Numbered from the stretch's first letter, positions 1 through 11,092 are shown. The stretch: DNA of 32,022 nt from Salisapilia sapeloensis CBS 127946 (GCA_023334545.1 JAADVB010000215.1:1-32022), one strand, 5' to 3'. Numbers and translations: made by a program. Notes: generated by a model not told the origin, from the letters alone.

Positions 1-123
1 AGCACGCAGCTCGTCCTGAGCTTTGGCGAGCGAGACAAGGCCAAGTCGGACGCCATCAAAGCCGCGCTCACAGACCTCCGGACGCAGCTACGCGCCGTCG
101 ACCAGCAGCTACAGACCTCTTGA
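1..123 (+). CDS. 3' end of an upstream gene (partial, unknown product)
   Basis: Frame 1 is open from base 1 to TGA at 121-123 (STQLVLSFGERDKAKSDAIKAALTDLRTQLRAVDQQLQTS*), with GC3-rich coding-like codons and a helical/coiled-coil pattern. Confidence 0.6.
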   Translation, partial: STQLVLSFGERDKAKSDAIKAALTDLRTQLRAVDQQLQTS

Positions 124-347
124 CTCCAATATACTTTCTATCTGCCACATGTGGAAACCTGTTTCTTTCGGTTGGTAACCTATAACCACCCCATCGTCCA
201 AGCGTATCTACAGCACACATTCATGCACTAGTCCCATGAGAGCACACGCCTATCGTCCATATCGACTAGCAAAGCCCTTTCGTATCTATTTATGACCATA
301 CGTTGCGTCTATTCGTTTCATCATCTCTCCACTCGCTTTGCATCATC

Positions 348-1995
348 ATGGCCACCAAGGACCAAGTCGATCCGTTCTACATGGCTCTCCTACGGTGTCG
401 ACAGCGTCGCTTCTCTGACTGCATTGACCTGTGCTCGGACATTCTTGCTCAGAATCCATACGACCAGGTTCTCTTCCTCCCACTCTCTTTCTTCGACATA
501 GTCATGAACACTGTAAGACGTAGGCTGCGTGGGTTACCAAAGCCAAGGCGCTTACCCAACAAGCGTACATCGATGACTCGGAGCTAGAAGAAGACGGAGC
601 AGCAGATCTCTTGCTAGATGACAACGTCATGGCGTCTTTGCCTCGTCCTGGCACCTCTCTCAACCGTCCAAACTCCCGATGTGACACGTCGTCGGGAGGT
701 ACAGGTCCTAGTTACCGTCCAATGACGTCCTCTGGACGTCCTGTAAGTGGTTTCGCGAGACCTGGCACAGGCTCTCGTCCAGGCACGAACTCCAACTCGT
801 TGTCGCTCGATAGAGCTCTCCAAGGTACACGTCCCGGGACTAGTCGTCCAGCGACGACATTAGGACGTCAAGTGCGTCTCGGGACTGCGTCGATGCAGTC
901 TGGAGACAGCAGCGTCTTCATCGACGTGAACCGACTGGACTTGAAGCGCTATGCGGCTCGTCCAGCTCTAGCCAAGACGCTCGTGGACTACCTATTGTAT
1001 CATGAACATAACGCTCGGAAGGCGCTGGAGCTCGCGGCAGCAGCGACTACTGTGGCAGAGTATCAGGACTGGTGGTGGAAAGCGAGGCTGGGCAAGTGCT
1101 ACTACCAGCTCGGTTTGCTCCGAGATGCCGAGAAACAATTCGAGTCTGCCATCCGATCGCAGCCGATGGTCATCTCATACTTGGAGCTCGGTAAGGTGTA
1201 CATGCGTCTAGACCAACCGAATACAGCGCTAGATCGATACGCGAGTGCGAGGGACAAGTTCCCTGACGAGACGCACATCCTCGTTGCGATAGCTCGTGTC
1301 CATGATCAGCTTAACGCCTTGGACAAGAGTACTGAGCTGTATAAGCTAGTGCTTGAGCTAGATGCAGCTCATGTGGAAGCCATGGCTTGCTTAGCTGCTA
1401 ACTTCTTCTACTCGGACCAGCCAGAGGTGGCGCTACGGTACTACCGTCGTCTGCTCCAGATGGGCGTCGCGACGCCAGAGCTGTGGACGAACCTCGCCTT
1501 GTGTTGCTATCACGCTGGTCAGTACGACCTGACGCTCTCGTGCTTTGACCGGGCACTGACACTCGCTGGAGACGACTGCCTCGCAGACGTCTGGTACAAT
1601 CTAGGTCACGTCGCGATCGGATTAGGAGACTTGGGTCTAGCTTTCCAGGCACTCAAAGTGTCCGTGGCAGTGGACTCGAATCACGCGGAGGCGTACAATA
1701 ACCTCGGCGTGCTGGAACTAAGGAAAGGGAACTTGGACCAGTCGAAAGCCAACTTTCGTCTGGCCGAGTCCTTGGCAGACTATCTGTTCGAACCAAACTA
1801 CAATCGAGGTATATTGATAACTTTTATTTATTCTTTCAAATCTTAATGTTGTTTATTGTAGCGTTGCTGGCGTACAAGGTCGGTGATTTCCATGACGCTT
1901 ATAACAAGGTAACCAAGGCTCTAGAGACGCATAGTACACATAGTGATTCGCTAGAGCTACGTACGCAATTGGAGCAATTCCTACGACGGATTTAA
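348..1995 (+). CDS. TTC8: Bardet-Biedl syndrome 8 / TPR protein 8 (BBSome subunit), 3 exons
   Basis: Exons 348-467, 524-1808, 1862-1995 (introns 56 and 53 nt, GT-AG). Spliced protein has RRFSDCIDLCSDILAQNPYDQAAW, PRPGTSLNRP, SGRPVSGFARPG, RLGTASM, DWWWKARLGKCYYQLG and a TPR array, matching BBS8. Confidence 0.96.
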
Positions 1996-2121
1996 GAAAA
2001 GAAAGAATAAAAACAAAAAAAGAATACAAAAGAAAAGAAAGAAAAGAGTCTTTATTCTCTAACATACAGCTTCCTCCACTCGCTAGTGGCGTTCGCCGGT
2101 TCGGACAAAACTGCAATAGGT

Positions 2122-2873
2122 CTATAGACGCGGGTAGAAGGGTTTGACACCGAACTGCATTGCTGTCATGAGACCAGCTCCGAGGGCACCGGCGAGGATC
2201 ATGGCGCGAGGTCCAGCTACCATTTTTGGATGAGTATTTGGACATTGTATCAAAAGTGGTAAAATGCCTACCGGTGGATTTATAAAAGACGCCGGTGGCC
2301 GAAGCAGCGACGATCGGCGTGATCTGGTCGAAGCGAGCGTAGTGGTCGAGGTCAGTCGAGTCCACGACGTATTCGAGTCCCTTGTAGATCATGGCTAATG
2401 CATATATAAATAAGTTTTCGAAGAATACAAAAAAGCTAGAGGCGAATGCTACCTAGACATCCGAATGCATTGCCAGACTTGGATCCACGCAATGCAGCAC
2501 CATTCATGATAGCATTGAGACGAATGCGGAATTTGGCCGATGGGGCACGACGGAAGCCCTGGGCGGCACCTAACAAGCCACCACCGACGATACCAGTAAA
2601 GTAAGCAGTGCCACAAGTACCGCTCATCTGTTCCATGATGGGACGACCAGCTTTATCATAGTCGAGGTAATCGACGCCATCTTCGTCGAGTCCGGAGACA
2701 CCAAAGACGGGAGCAATACTGCCGACGTCGATGGTCCCAGACGGAATACTGGGCAAGGCAGGGTAGCTGTCCATGCTGCTTCCACTGGACGAGTAGTCTG
2801 ACGGCGCAGGGTAGTCCTGCCATCGATCATCGGACTGCCACGATCCACTCTCTCCGCTCGTATTCCACGACAT
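2122..2873 (-). CDS. TIM23: Mitochondrial inner-membrane translocase Tim23 (Tim17/22/23 family), 3 exons, 212 aa
   Basis: Exons 2873-2453, 2394-2272, 2216-2122 sum to 639 nt. Motifs GTAYFTGIVGGGLLG, RIRLNAIMN, RGSKSGNAFGCL and TGVFYKSTAGPRAMILAG, plus an acidic N-terminal extension typical of Tim23. Confidence 0.9.
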
Positions 2874-3017
2874 GTTTTCGATTTTCCTCTGCTTCCATTC
2901 GTTACGCGTATACAAACTTCCAGTCAAGTATACAAAAGGCAAGTGGAACGAAACAAGACTAAAAGCACGGTTTTAAATGGTCAACGCGTTGGTTTTTGTT
3001 TCCACGTGCTTGTCTAC

Positions 3018-4023
3018 TCATTTGTATTCGGTCGGTGAGTCATGCAAGAGATTGAGCAAGAGCGAGTCCGAGTTCAAGTAGACGCGATTGGCCGAGTGCG
3101 AAATCGTCGAAGCAATGTCCTTGGCGGCATCGAGACGACGCAATTGGACGAACGCAGGGTTCTTCTTAATGGCTTCACCGACTAATTCTGCAGATTTAGC
3201 CACACCTTCGGCACGAATTACCGTACTCTTCTTCTCCTGCAAGGCGCGTTCGACGATGAAGCGAGCACGCTCGGCGTCCTGCTGGGCAACCTGCTTGGCT
3301 TCAATCGCGGCCGTGTACTCCTTGCCGAACGTCAAGTGGATGATAGAAACATCTTCCAAGAGGATCGCAAAGCGGTCACCACGTTGTTTCTATACAATGC
3401 CATTCAGAATGTGGGTCATGAGTGATGGTACGAGGTGCAAGGAGAATGTACCAGCGTGTGCGCGATGAGTCGGCTCACGTGCTCTCGCTGGAAGATAAGT
3501 TCCGCGGCCGTGAACTGCGCGACGATCTGCTTGGTCACTTCGTTCACAATGGACGGCAGGACCTTGTCATCGTAGTCTACGCATGGTGTAAGAATAAGAA
3601 ATGCCTGGTGTTTACTAGTCCATCCGAAGACGTACCAAGGCCGAGGTACGTGTAGATCCACTGGAGGCGATTGCGGTCGGGACGCGAGAGCACACGGATC
3701 GAGATGTTGATCATCTGGAGATCTTTCGTACCAGTCAAAGACGCATACGTGCGCGGTCGGGTACGCACGTCAAAGATGATCGGGCGTTGGAGCCACGGCA
3801 GCAAAAAGTGCGTTCCTTGCTCCATCACGGTCTGTCCGACGCCGGACATCCGGCTGTAGACGACAGCACGGTGTCCTGGCGCAACATTATAGATGGAGTG
3901 GTAGGCCGTGAAACCAAGGGCTCCGGCGCCCACAGCCAACTTGAGCAATGCTGTGCCCGGGCCTTTGCCCTGCGGCATCTTGATATTCTTCACCTTCTCG
4001 TACGCTTCCTTCCCTTTATCCAT
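3018..4023 (-). CDS. PHB2: Prohibitin 2, 3 exons, 294 aa
   Basis: Exons 4023-3636, 3576-3452, 3389-3018. SPFH motifs GHRAVVY, FDVRTRPR, TGTKDLQMINI, VLPSIVNEV, AAIEAKQVAQQDAERA and NRVYLNSDSLLLNL. Confidence 0.95.
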
Positions 4024-4175
4024 CCTTCAGTCGATAAATGAGCTCCACGAACGTGTGTATGGTTTGTGATTGGCAGAAATGTTATTTTATGCTATATAAT
4101 TGGCTGAAACTTTGACTGGTTCACGCCCCTCGTCATGCCATACCCAAAGTAGCAAAAACTCAAGTGCCAGGAAGG
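4024..4175. promoter_or_regulatory. Bidirectional promoter of PHB2 and RPS9 with two reverse CCAAT boxes
   Basis: 152-nt gap between divergent ATGs. ATTGG at 4069-4073 and 4099-4103 (30 nt apart), TATATAA at 4093-4099. Function is inferred. Confidence 0.55.
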
Positions 4176-4820
4176 ATGCCCAAGTGCAGTCGCCACCGAA
4201 ACTACCGCAAGACCTACCGAACGCCCGCGCGTCCGTTCGAAAAGGAGCGTCTTGACCAGGAGCTCAAGCTTTTGGGCGAGTATGGTCTCCGCTGCAAGCG
4301 TGAGATCTGGCGTGTCCAGTACATGCTCTCCAAGCTCCGTAAGGCTGCTCGGGAGCTCATGACGCTCGAGCCGCGTGACCCCAAGCGTCTCTTTGAGGGA
4401 TCGGCGCTTATGCGTCGTCTCCAGCGCCTCGGACTCCTCGCCGACGACGAAAAGGAGCTCGACTTTGTGCTTCGTCTCAACGTCCAGAAGCTCCTTGAGC
4501 GTCGTCTCCAGACCAAGGTCTTCAAGCAGGGTCTCGCCAAGTCCGTCCACCACGCCCGTGTGCTCATCTACCAGCGCCACATTCGCGTCGGCAAGCAGCT
4601 CGTCAACATCCCGAGCTTCATGGTGCGTCTCGACTCGGAGAAGCACATTGACTTTGCCACCACTTCGCCGTACGGCCAAGGCCGTCCTGTATGTTTTTCA
4701 TATTGCTAGCTACCACCAAGTCTACATATACTTATAATGATCATGCAATAGGGACGTGTCGCTCGTCGCCGTGCTGCTCAGCGTGCTGCTGCCGGTGGAG
4801 AGGAAGAAGACGACGAGTAG
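4176..4820 (+). CDS. RPS9: 40S ribosomal protein S9 (uS4), 2 exons, 193 aa
   Basis: Exons 4176-4688 and 4752-4820. Motifs [54 protein letters not shown] and PYGQGRPGRV. Confidence 0.98.
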
Positions 4821-5021
4821 AGTGTTTTCTACTGACGAGTGGGAGATGTAAGCACTTGTAGAGTCTATGGGGTAGCTGCGACCTAGGCCTTACGTCGCTC
4901 GATCTTCCGAAATGAAAGAAAAGAATGCATGGCATCCAGCCAATGGGACTTGAACCTCATTTTCTTTTCTTTTGTTTTTTCTTTTGTTAGGTAGAAGAAA
5001 ACTATTTATATATATATCTAC

Positions 5022-7208
5022 ATGTATCATGTCGATTATGTGTATGTCGTGATGGAGAGAGAAACGTTGGAGGCACAATTGGAGCGAGAGTTGAGAGATG
5101 TCGAGGTCGAATGGTCAGAGGAGGAGGAATCGTATGAACGGATGGATTTGATGGAAATGTGGAAGGATGTGGCGATCGATGGAGGTTGGGAAGAGAGTGA
5201 GACGTGGAAGTTGTTGATGCAAGGCATGAGAGAGAATGAAGAACTAGTGTTTAATAAGATTCAAGAGGAAGTAGATGAAGCTAGAGTCGTGTTGAACGAG
5301 GTTTCCATACCTGTGGATGTTCCTATGGAGACTATGGTATCGACTCTACCGTGCGTAGCTGTAGAAGAGTCCAGTGTCGATCTAGTACCCCCTGTTGTAG
5401 AGACACTAGGAGCCTCTATTTTCCCAGCCATACAACCAGTAGTAGAGGAAGAGGTGGCAGTTGCTACAAAAGTAGAAAAGGAGGATGTAGTCCAAGTTAC
5501 CACATCCGAGGTGGAGTCAATAGAGGGCGATAGCATGCAAGAGTGGTTTATACAGCAGACAGAGGCTGTAGTAATTGATACCAGGCATCAGGAGGAAGCG
5601 AGAGAGGAGTATGAGATGCAGATGCGGCAGGACAAGAGCAAATGGGACGCAGCGTTAGTGGAAATTGAGATGTTGTGGCAGGAACAGGAGAAAGAAATGG
5701 ATCGAGAGCGAGAGCGTCGAGAGGAAGAAAGAGAACGAATACAGATGCATATGGAGGAAGTGTTAGTGGTAGCTAGAAGAGAGTATGTGTTATGTGAACA
5801 AGAGAGGAAGTGGATGGAAGAGGAGGAGACAATGTCGATGTCTTGGAACGTAATACACCGGCAGCGACTGCAGCTAGAGAGAGAAGAGAGTGCTCGAATG
5901 ATAGAGGAGGAGCTATTCACGAGAAGATTTTTAGAGCAACAAGCTTTCCATGCTCGACAGCAGCGTCTTGCACTGGAAAAGAATGCGATGCGAGTATCGT
6001 TCTTCAAAGTCATGACAGAGCTAAGGAAGAGGCAAGAGGCAATAGACACAAAGGAAGCAGAGAGAAGAGTATATGAAGCGAACCAAGAGCGGAAAGAGAA
6101 CATGCTGATGCGGTCTGAAGAACGACAGCAGCGGCAGATAATGGCACAGCTTAAGGCACTTAAAGAGGAAGAGCGTCGTGCTAGCGAGAGGAGACGAATG
6201 AGCGAGGAGGATGAGCTAGGTAGTAACATTCGAAAGCTTACGAGACAAGAAGCTTACGAAAGAGAACGCATGGAGATGGAAGAGCAGCTTATTGCACGAG
6301 TAATACGCGAACAGGAGACGGCAAAGGCTAGGTCGTTTGAATGTTTCAACATGGCAGTCGAGGATGAGCTGTCCAGGCAGTTTGGAGGCTGGGTACAGCT
6401 ACGTCGGCAGCAATATACACATCTCGCGATGGCTGTCTATCGTATCCAGTGCATGTCGAGACTACGAAGAGCTTGGAATAGATGGAGTGCATATATCGAG
6501 CTACCGAACGTAGCAGCCGAGATCATCCAGCTATCATGGCGACAATTTGTGGCATGGCGAGCTCAGATGGCATTGGAAGCTCAGATCGAGAGCGAGCGGA
6601 TGGTATCGGCTAAGGTACTTCAGTCTGCGTATCGCGGTCATGCGATCCGACGGAAGTTTGCCAACGCCATTGCTTTCGCGACGCTTTTGAACGGGAACCA
6701 AGGACCTGTGGATGAGTTTGAGGAAGTGGATATGAACGAATGGATGGACTTGCCTCCAGAACTTGCGGATGGATGGGAAAATCCGGATATCCCTGTACAA
6801 CTGGACACTTCGGAACTAGTTGTTCCAGAAGCATCCGTCATGGAGGCGTATAGCTATTCGATAGCGGAAGCATCTCTGCCTCCTGTATCGAACCAAGAGC
6901 GGTCGGAAGGACAAGAGGCACCGAAAGAAGTGTCTTCTACTGTGAATTTGTGGAATCGTATGAAGAGGAACAAGCAACGTCAACAGCGTGTAGCAGCTGA
7001 GCGTTCTCGACAGAGGGACCCAGGCTATCGTCTGAACAAGTTCCTCCGACGTACCAAAGGTCCAGAGACAACTGAAGTACAAACGGAGTCGTCCGTCACG
7101 TGGTCAACAGCATCTAGTAAGAAGACACGACTAAAGAGCTCGAATCCTCTTCCTTCCCTCGTCGATCGACTACGTAAGAAGACAGCAGCTGCAAGAAGCT
7201 ATAACTAG
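5022..7208 (+). CDS. Uncharacterised E/R-rich coiled-coil protein with 2-3 IQ-like motifs, about 728 aa
   Basis: Uninterrupted 2.2-kb ORF with a long charged helical region. IQ-like AAEIIQLSWRQF and SAKVLQSAYRGHAIRRK, weaker AVYRIQCMSR. Start could be 5022 or a nearby downstream ATG. Confidence 0.8.
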   Translation: MYHVDYVYVVMERETLEAQLERELRDVEVEWSEEEESYERMDLMEMWKDVAIDGGWEESETWKLLMQGMRENEELVFNKIQEEVDEARVVLNEVSIPVDVPMETMVSTLPCVAVEESSVDLVPPVVETLGASIFPAIQPVVEEEVAVATKVEKEDVVQVTTSEVESIEGDSMQEWFIQQTEAVVIDTRHQEEAREEYEMQMRQDKSKWDAALVEIEMLWQEQEKEMDRERERREEERERIQMHMEEVLVVARREYVLCEQERKWMEEEETMSMSWNVIHRQRLQLEREESARMIEEELFTRRFLEQQAFHARQQRLALEKNAMRVSFFKVMTELRKRQEAIDTKEAERRVYEANQERKENMLMRSEERQQRQIMAQLKALKEEERRASERRRMSEEDELGSNIRKLTRQEAYERERMEMEEQLIARVIREQETAKARSFECFNMAVEDELSRQFGGWVQLRRQQYTHLAMAVYRIQCMSRLRRAWNRWSAYIELPNVAAEIIQLSWRQFVAWRAQMALEAQIESERMVSAKVLQSAYRGHAIRRKFANAIAFATLLNGNQGPVDEFEEVDMNEWMDLPPELADGWENPDIPVQLDTSELVVPEASVMEAYSYSIAEASLPPVSNQERSEGQEAPKEVSSTVNLWNRMKRNKQRQQRVAAERSRQRDPGYRLNKFLRRTKGPETTEVQTESSVTWSTASSKKTRLKSSNPLPSLVDRLRKKTAAARSYN

Positions 7209-7232
7209 TCCCGTATTCATCCCCATCCTTAT

Positions 7233-7775
7233 CTACATACTCTTGGAGTCTCCCAAAGCTTCCTTTGTCTGTTTCATCATGAGGACAAAGACATCAAAGT
7301 CTGCTGTCGCGACAAGTATCTCAGAGCACAAGGCGATACTAGACTCTCGATCATCTTGATAAGCTTTCTTGACGGCATTTAAAAAGTCCTGAGATGTGTA
7401 TCCGATAGATCGGATGTACTCTAGATGATCATGAGACTAGGAAGAAGAAGATGAAGAGAAGGATGTACGTTCTAGTTTCTCTTCAAAGAGTGCTTGGAAC
7501 TCTTCGTAGAGAGGCGTGTATCTAGATGGAGTATCAGGAGGTAGATGGATTGACTACAGTTATAAAGTGTACATGAGTTTCATTTCATCGGACTCGACGT
7601 CAAAGACATGGCAGTGGTCTTCTGCAAAGCGAGCAAAGGTCTGGGATAAATCGTCGTCGTTGAAGAAGAAGGTGATGACGCTCTTGACGAGCTCTTCGTC
7701 GTCACCGGCCTTGGCTTCAGCCTTGCAGCCTTTCGCCTCCGACGGCTCAAGGTAGTGTCCTTTGCTTTCACTCAT
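7233..7775 (-). CDS. BART-domain (ARL2BP/CFAP36-like) protein, 3 exons, 147 aa
   Basis: Exons 7775-7573, 7521-7469, 7420-7233 sum to 444 nt. Reads FARFAEDHCHVFD..EMKLIYTPLYEEFQALFEEKLEQYI..ILVATADFDVFVLMMK, the BART pattern (Y..LY.EF..LFE..LE, D F..F..MM). Confidence 0.8.
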
Positions 7776-7893
7776 ACGAAACGAAACGATTGGAATGGTA
7801 ACGACCTCTTCACTCGGAGGATTGTATTATTTCTTTTTATGATTTCCTATGCGGTCTATCTCGCGCTCTTTCCATCGAAAGCGTTTCCTTCGA

Positions 7894-8842
7894 CTACATC
7901 TCGTCTCCTTCTTGTCCTTCTTCCATCGCTTCCTCACCGTCCGTCGCATATAGAATTTGGAAGATACTTTGCGCCAACGGATCCGACTCGCCAGACGATG
8001 AGTTCTGGAGCAGAATCTCAATGTCGCGCAACTTGCTAAAGTAAAAGTCACGTTCCTTTTCCAGTCCTTCCACCTACTTGTGCATTAGATATGAACCTAG
8101 AAATACAACTGCGTAGACCTACAGCAAGGTGGAGTTCGTCGTTTTCGCTCTTGAGGCGTTCGCTTTCGTTTTTGGCTGCCTCGAGATCCTGTTCTAGCTG
8201 CGGATTCGCAGCTGCAGCAGGCGCAGGAGCCGGGTTGGATGCGGCGGACGTGGTACGACGCACGGCCCCAGCCTTCGGTTGGGGGCCACTGCCAGCGGCG
8301 CCGGCGGTGGAAGGAGCTGCGGGCGGCTTTGCCGCCCTGGTCGCCCCTACGGCTGCGCCGGAGCGACGCTTGGTCGGTGGCGACGCATTGGCCGCTGGTG
8401 CGCCACCGGAACCATGCTTGAGCGTATACTGGTGACCGCCTTTACCTTTCTCCCTCTGACCAATCGCGTCGTAAGGCTGGTTGGTCGCATTCCGGTCATA
8501 GAATGCTTTGAACCATTGCATGAATTCAAAGTTATCTTGATACTTGCCACGCACAAGTCGATCGACTTCAATGTGTTTATCAATCTTTAAGTTGGTAAAG
8601 CATTTCTGTAAGATCTTGTAGTTCTGAATGTACTCGTAGTCTTTATTCGCACCCCAATCGACTTTGGACATGGGGACGCGACCTGGGTAGAGACTATCTA
8701 GGAGCTGACAGGCGATCGCACCAGTGCACGTCTGTTCGACTTTCGAAAGATTCGTCTTGCACGTATGATTGATCCAGTCAAGAATGTCTTTTCGACCGAC
8801 AAAGTAGGTGCCATCCATGAGCGAGATACTCTGGTCGGCCAT
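7894..8842 (-). CDS. EB1: Microtubule end-binding protein EB1, 2 exons, 299 aa
   Basis: Exons 8842-8123 and 8073-7894. CH domain (FVGRKDILDWIN, GKYQDNFEFMQWFK) and EBH motif LEKERDFYFSKLRDIEIL..IFQILYAT. Confidence 0.95.
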
Positions 8843-8912
8843 GATGCTTTTGCGTTCGGAGGGTACTTGTTCGTATACAAACTTTAAGTCAAGAACGTAC
8901 GACGGGACAAAA

Positions 8913-9595
8913 ATGGCGAAAAGTATGGGAGCACACTGGGATGAGGTACTCGTATGAGCGACTAATAGAACGAGAGTAGATAAGCACAAGAGCAAGAAAG
9001 TAAATGGACAAGAGGCTGGACATGCTATCCGGAAGACACTACAGAAAAAGACGTATGGCGTATACTCGGCATGACACGCTCATATTGACTGGTGAATAGA
9101 GAGAGAGGAGGCAAAAGAGCGAAGAAAGTAGCGTCCAAGGCACCAAAGAAACAATCGGCCATGGCAGAGGAATATCGCAAGTTTGACGAAAGGATGGCAT
9201 CGAAGCGCCGGCCAAAGGAGCCATCGGCTCCGGCCGTCCACATCGCCGCGCCGACGTTTCAATTGTACACTTTGTACCTATAGGTTGTCTATCCTATAAT
9301 TAACCTATAAACTAGACAAGCACCCAAGCAACAAGTCGTGCAAGAGCCTTCTTCGGACTTTGTCGGCTTCATGTCAACGATGCAAGCACCCAAGGATGCC
9401 ACAGCTCCACCTCCGCGGTCGAAACCGCAGAATTCAAAACCGGCAAATCCGTTCATGTTACTCCATGACGGCGCAGATCCGGATGAAGAAGAGATCGTGC
9501 AACAGAAAGCAGCGGAACAAGCACAGCGTCTTCTGCAGCCAGCTACCTTTTCCTTTGGTGCACCTGCCGGAGAAGAGATCGATCCGGATTTATAG
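8913..9595 (+). CDS. Uncharacterised basic N-terminal protein, 4 exons, 175 aa
   Basis: Exons 8913-8922, 8980-9052, 9100-9264, 9316-9595 (introns 57, 47, 51 nt; GTAT/GTAC..TAG) join in frame: MAKNKHKSKKVNGQEAGHAIRKTLQKKTERGGKRAKK...GEEIDPDL. No family recognised. Confidence 0.65.
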
Positions 9596-9854
9596 CTAGA
9601 TTATAGGTCGAATATACTTCAGTTTTCTGAGACGCCTTCTATTTTCGATACATTGTCTATCAATAGTATCGACATCACAACTCTTCGACGACACACAAAG
9701 AATCCGAAGAGGTACTCTCCTCTTCCATCGTCCATCCCTCGTTGTCTGTTGCTTCGCATCTACTTTTTCTCCCTTCATTACAAAGTTTCGTTGCTTGTCT
9801 TTTGTTTCCTACCCTTTTCTTCTATCCTCTTCCTCCCTCGACTATACAAGGAGC

Positions 9855-10709
9855 ATGGGAAGTACATCGAGCAAAGAGCAGGACGCGAACCAAGCTGAGC
9901 TCGGGACGAATCCCCAAGGCTATGCTCTGCAACACCATCCGCAATACGGCAGTGTAAGCCGCCGAGCGTCTAGCAAAGCAGACTCGGATATGGACACGCC
10001 TGCAGCGCCTCCGTTCCAGGGCGAGGCCATGGACGTGGATCAGCCAGCTAGCTCGAGTGCCATGCTGTCCTCTGGCTCGAATTCATCTCACCAGCTCAAC
10101 GACCCTCCAGAGGACGAAAAGGTCGTCCCGAAAAGCGACGTCGTTCCCATGGTCTTCCGGTGGGAGCATGGCGGACGGAATGTCTACATCACCGGGACGT
10201 TCAATGGCTGGAGCAAGCAAGAGCCGATGCATCGTAGTGGCAACGACTTTACGTACATTACAGACTTGACTCGCGGGAAACATGCGTACAAGTTCGTGGT
10301 GGATGACGAATGGCGGTTTGCACCTGACCAACTGACCGTCGCGGACGTCGAAGGGAACGTGAATAACTTTGTCGATGTCTCGGACTTCGCTCCGTTATCG
10401 GATTTCGATTTCCTTGAAACGAAGCGCGTGCAAGAGGATTCGGATGAAAGTTACGGCCGGACGATTCCGGATGTGGATGAATATACGAAAGAACCACCAC
10501 CGCTACCTCCGCACTTACGGCATATTATCTTGAACAAAGCGCCACCAAGCGTCGACTGTCGCTTGTTACCAGTGCCACAACACGTTGCGCTTAACCACTT
10601 GTACTGCACGGCGATAAAGGACGGGATGATGGTCCTTGGGATCACGAACAGATATAAGCAAAAGTTTGTTACGACGGTCTACTACAGCCTCATGCCAGGC
10701 GCGAATTGA
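9855..10709 (+). CDS. PRKAB: AMPK/SNF1 kinase beta subunit
   Basis: N-terminal MGSTSSK (myristoylation-type), CBM48 domain (PMVFRWEHGGRNVYITGTFNGW, YKFVVDDEW) and ASC domain (PPPLPPHL, LPVPQHVALNHLY, RYKQKFVTTVYY). Confidence 0.95.
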   Translation: MGSTSSKEQDANQAELGTNPQGYALQHHPQYGSVSRRASSKADSDMDTPAAPPFQGEAMDVDQPASSSAMLSSGSNSSHQLNDPPEDEKVVPKSDVVPMVFRWEHGGRNVYITGTFNGWSKQEPMHRSGNDFTYITDLTRGKHAYKFVVDDEWRFAPDQLTVADVEGNVNNFVDVSDFAPLSDFDFLETKRVQEDSDESYGRTIPDVDEYTKEPPPLPPHLRHIILNKAPPSVDCRLLPVPQHVALNHLYCTAIKDGMMVLGITNRYKQKFVTTVYYSLMPGAN

Positions 10710-10766
10710 ACGATTGAATATACTTTTTTCCGTTTGAATTTCTTTTTCTTTTTCTTTTGGAGAGAC

Positions 10767-11045
10767 TTAGACGTAGATTTCTGCCCATAGGAAGAGGAAG
10801 AGTGTGCCAAAGCCAAGGAGGAACGATGCGATGATGGCGTACAGGAACTCGGCACTGATGCTCTTCACGGGAGCATTGCCTTGTGTGAAGAAGAGCGAGA
10901 CGAACGTCAGGCCCGAGAGGAGGAGCAGGACGGCGAGTGTGCCGTACTGTGCGGGTGGAACTGGACTTGTGTATGGGATTTCCTATGCATAGGTGAGCAT
11001 CGAGATGGACTGGAAGAGAGGAGAGTCGAGGACACGTACCATCAT
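10767..11045 (-). CDS. TMEM258: TMEM258/OST5-family oligosaccharyltransferase subunit, 2 exons, 73 aa (absent from the ORF track)
   Basis: Exon 1 is ATGATG (11045-11040), 57-nt intron, exon 2 is 10982-10767. Protein MMEIPYTSPVPPAQYGTLAVLLLLSGLTFVSLFF..AIIASFLLGFGTLFLFLWAEIYV matches the family YTSPV..GFG.LFL.LW.GIYV pattern. Confidence 0.92.
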
Positions 11046-11092
11046 ATTGCAAGTGGAAGATTGTGTGTGGAAAGAAAAGAAAAGAATTTAAA

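Noticed and set aside
170-181. GGTTGGTAACC upstream of BBS8 as an RFX X-box
   Set aside because: Poor match to the X-box consensus, not repeated upstream of B9D1 or the BART gene, and RFX control of ciliary genes is established for animals rather than stramenopiles.
1853-2392. 179-aa ORF overlapping the BBS8 3' end
   Set aside because: Only 2394-2272 is real (TIM23 exon 2); the rest is intron read-through.
4092-4679. 195-aa minus ORF, and similar long ORFs at 29907-30590, 27626-28240, 5588-6229, 13583-13996 and 21408-21833
   Set aside because: Antisense shadows of GC3-rich or repetitive genes on the opposite strand, with no motifs of their own.
8843-8995. Signal-peptide-like N-terminal extension on EB1
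   Set aside because: Non-ATG start; it overlaps the promoter and first exons of the divergent gene, and EB1 homology starts at Met 8842.
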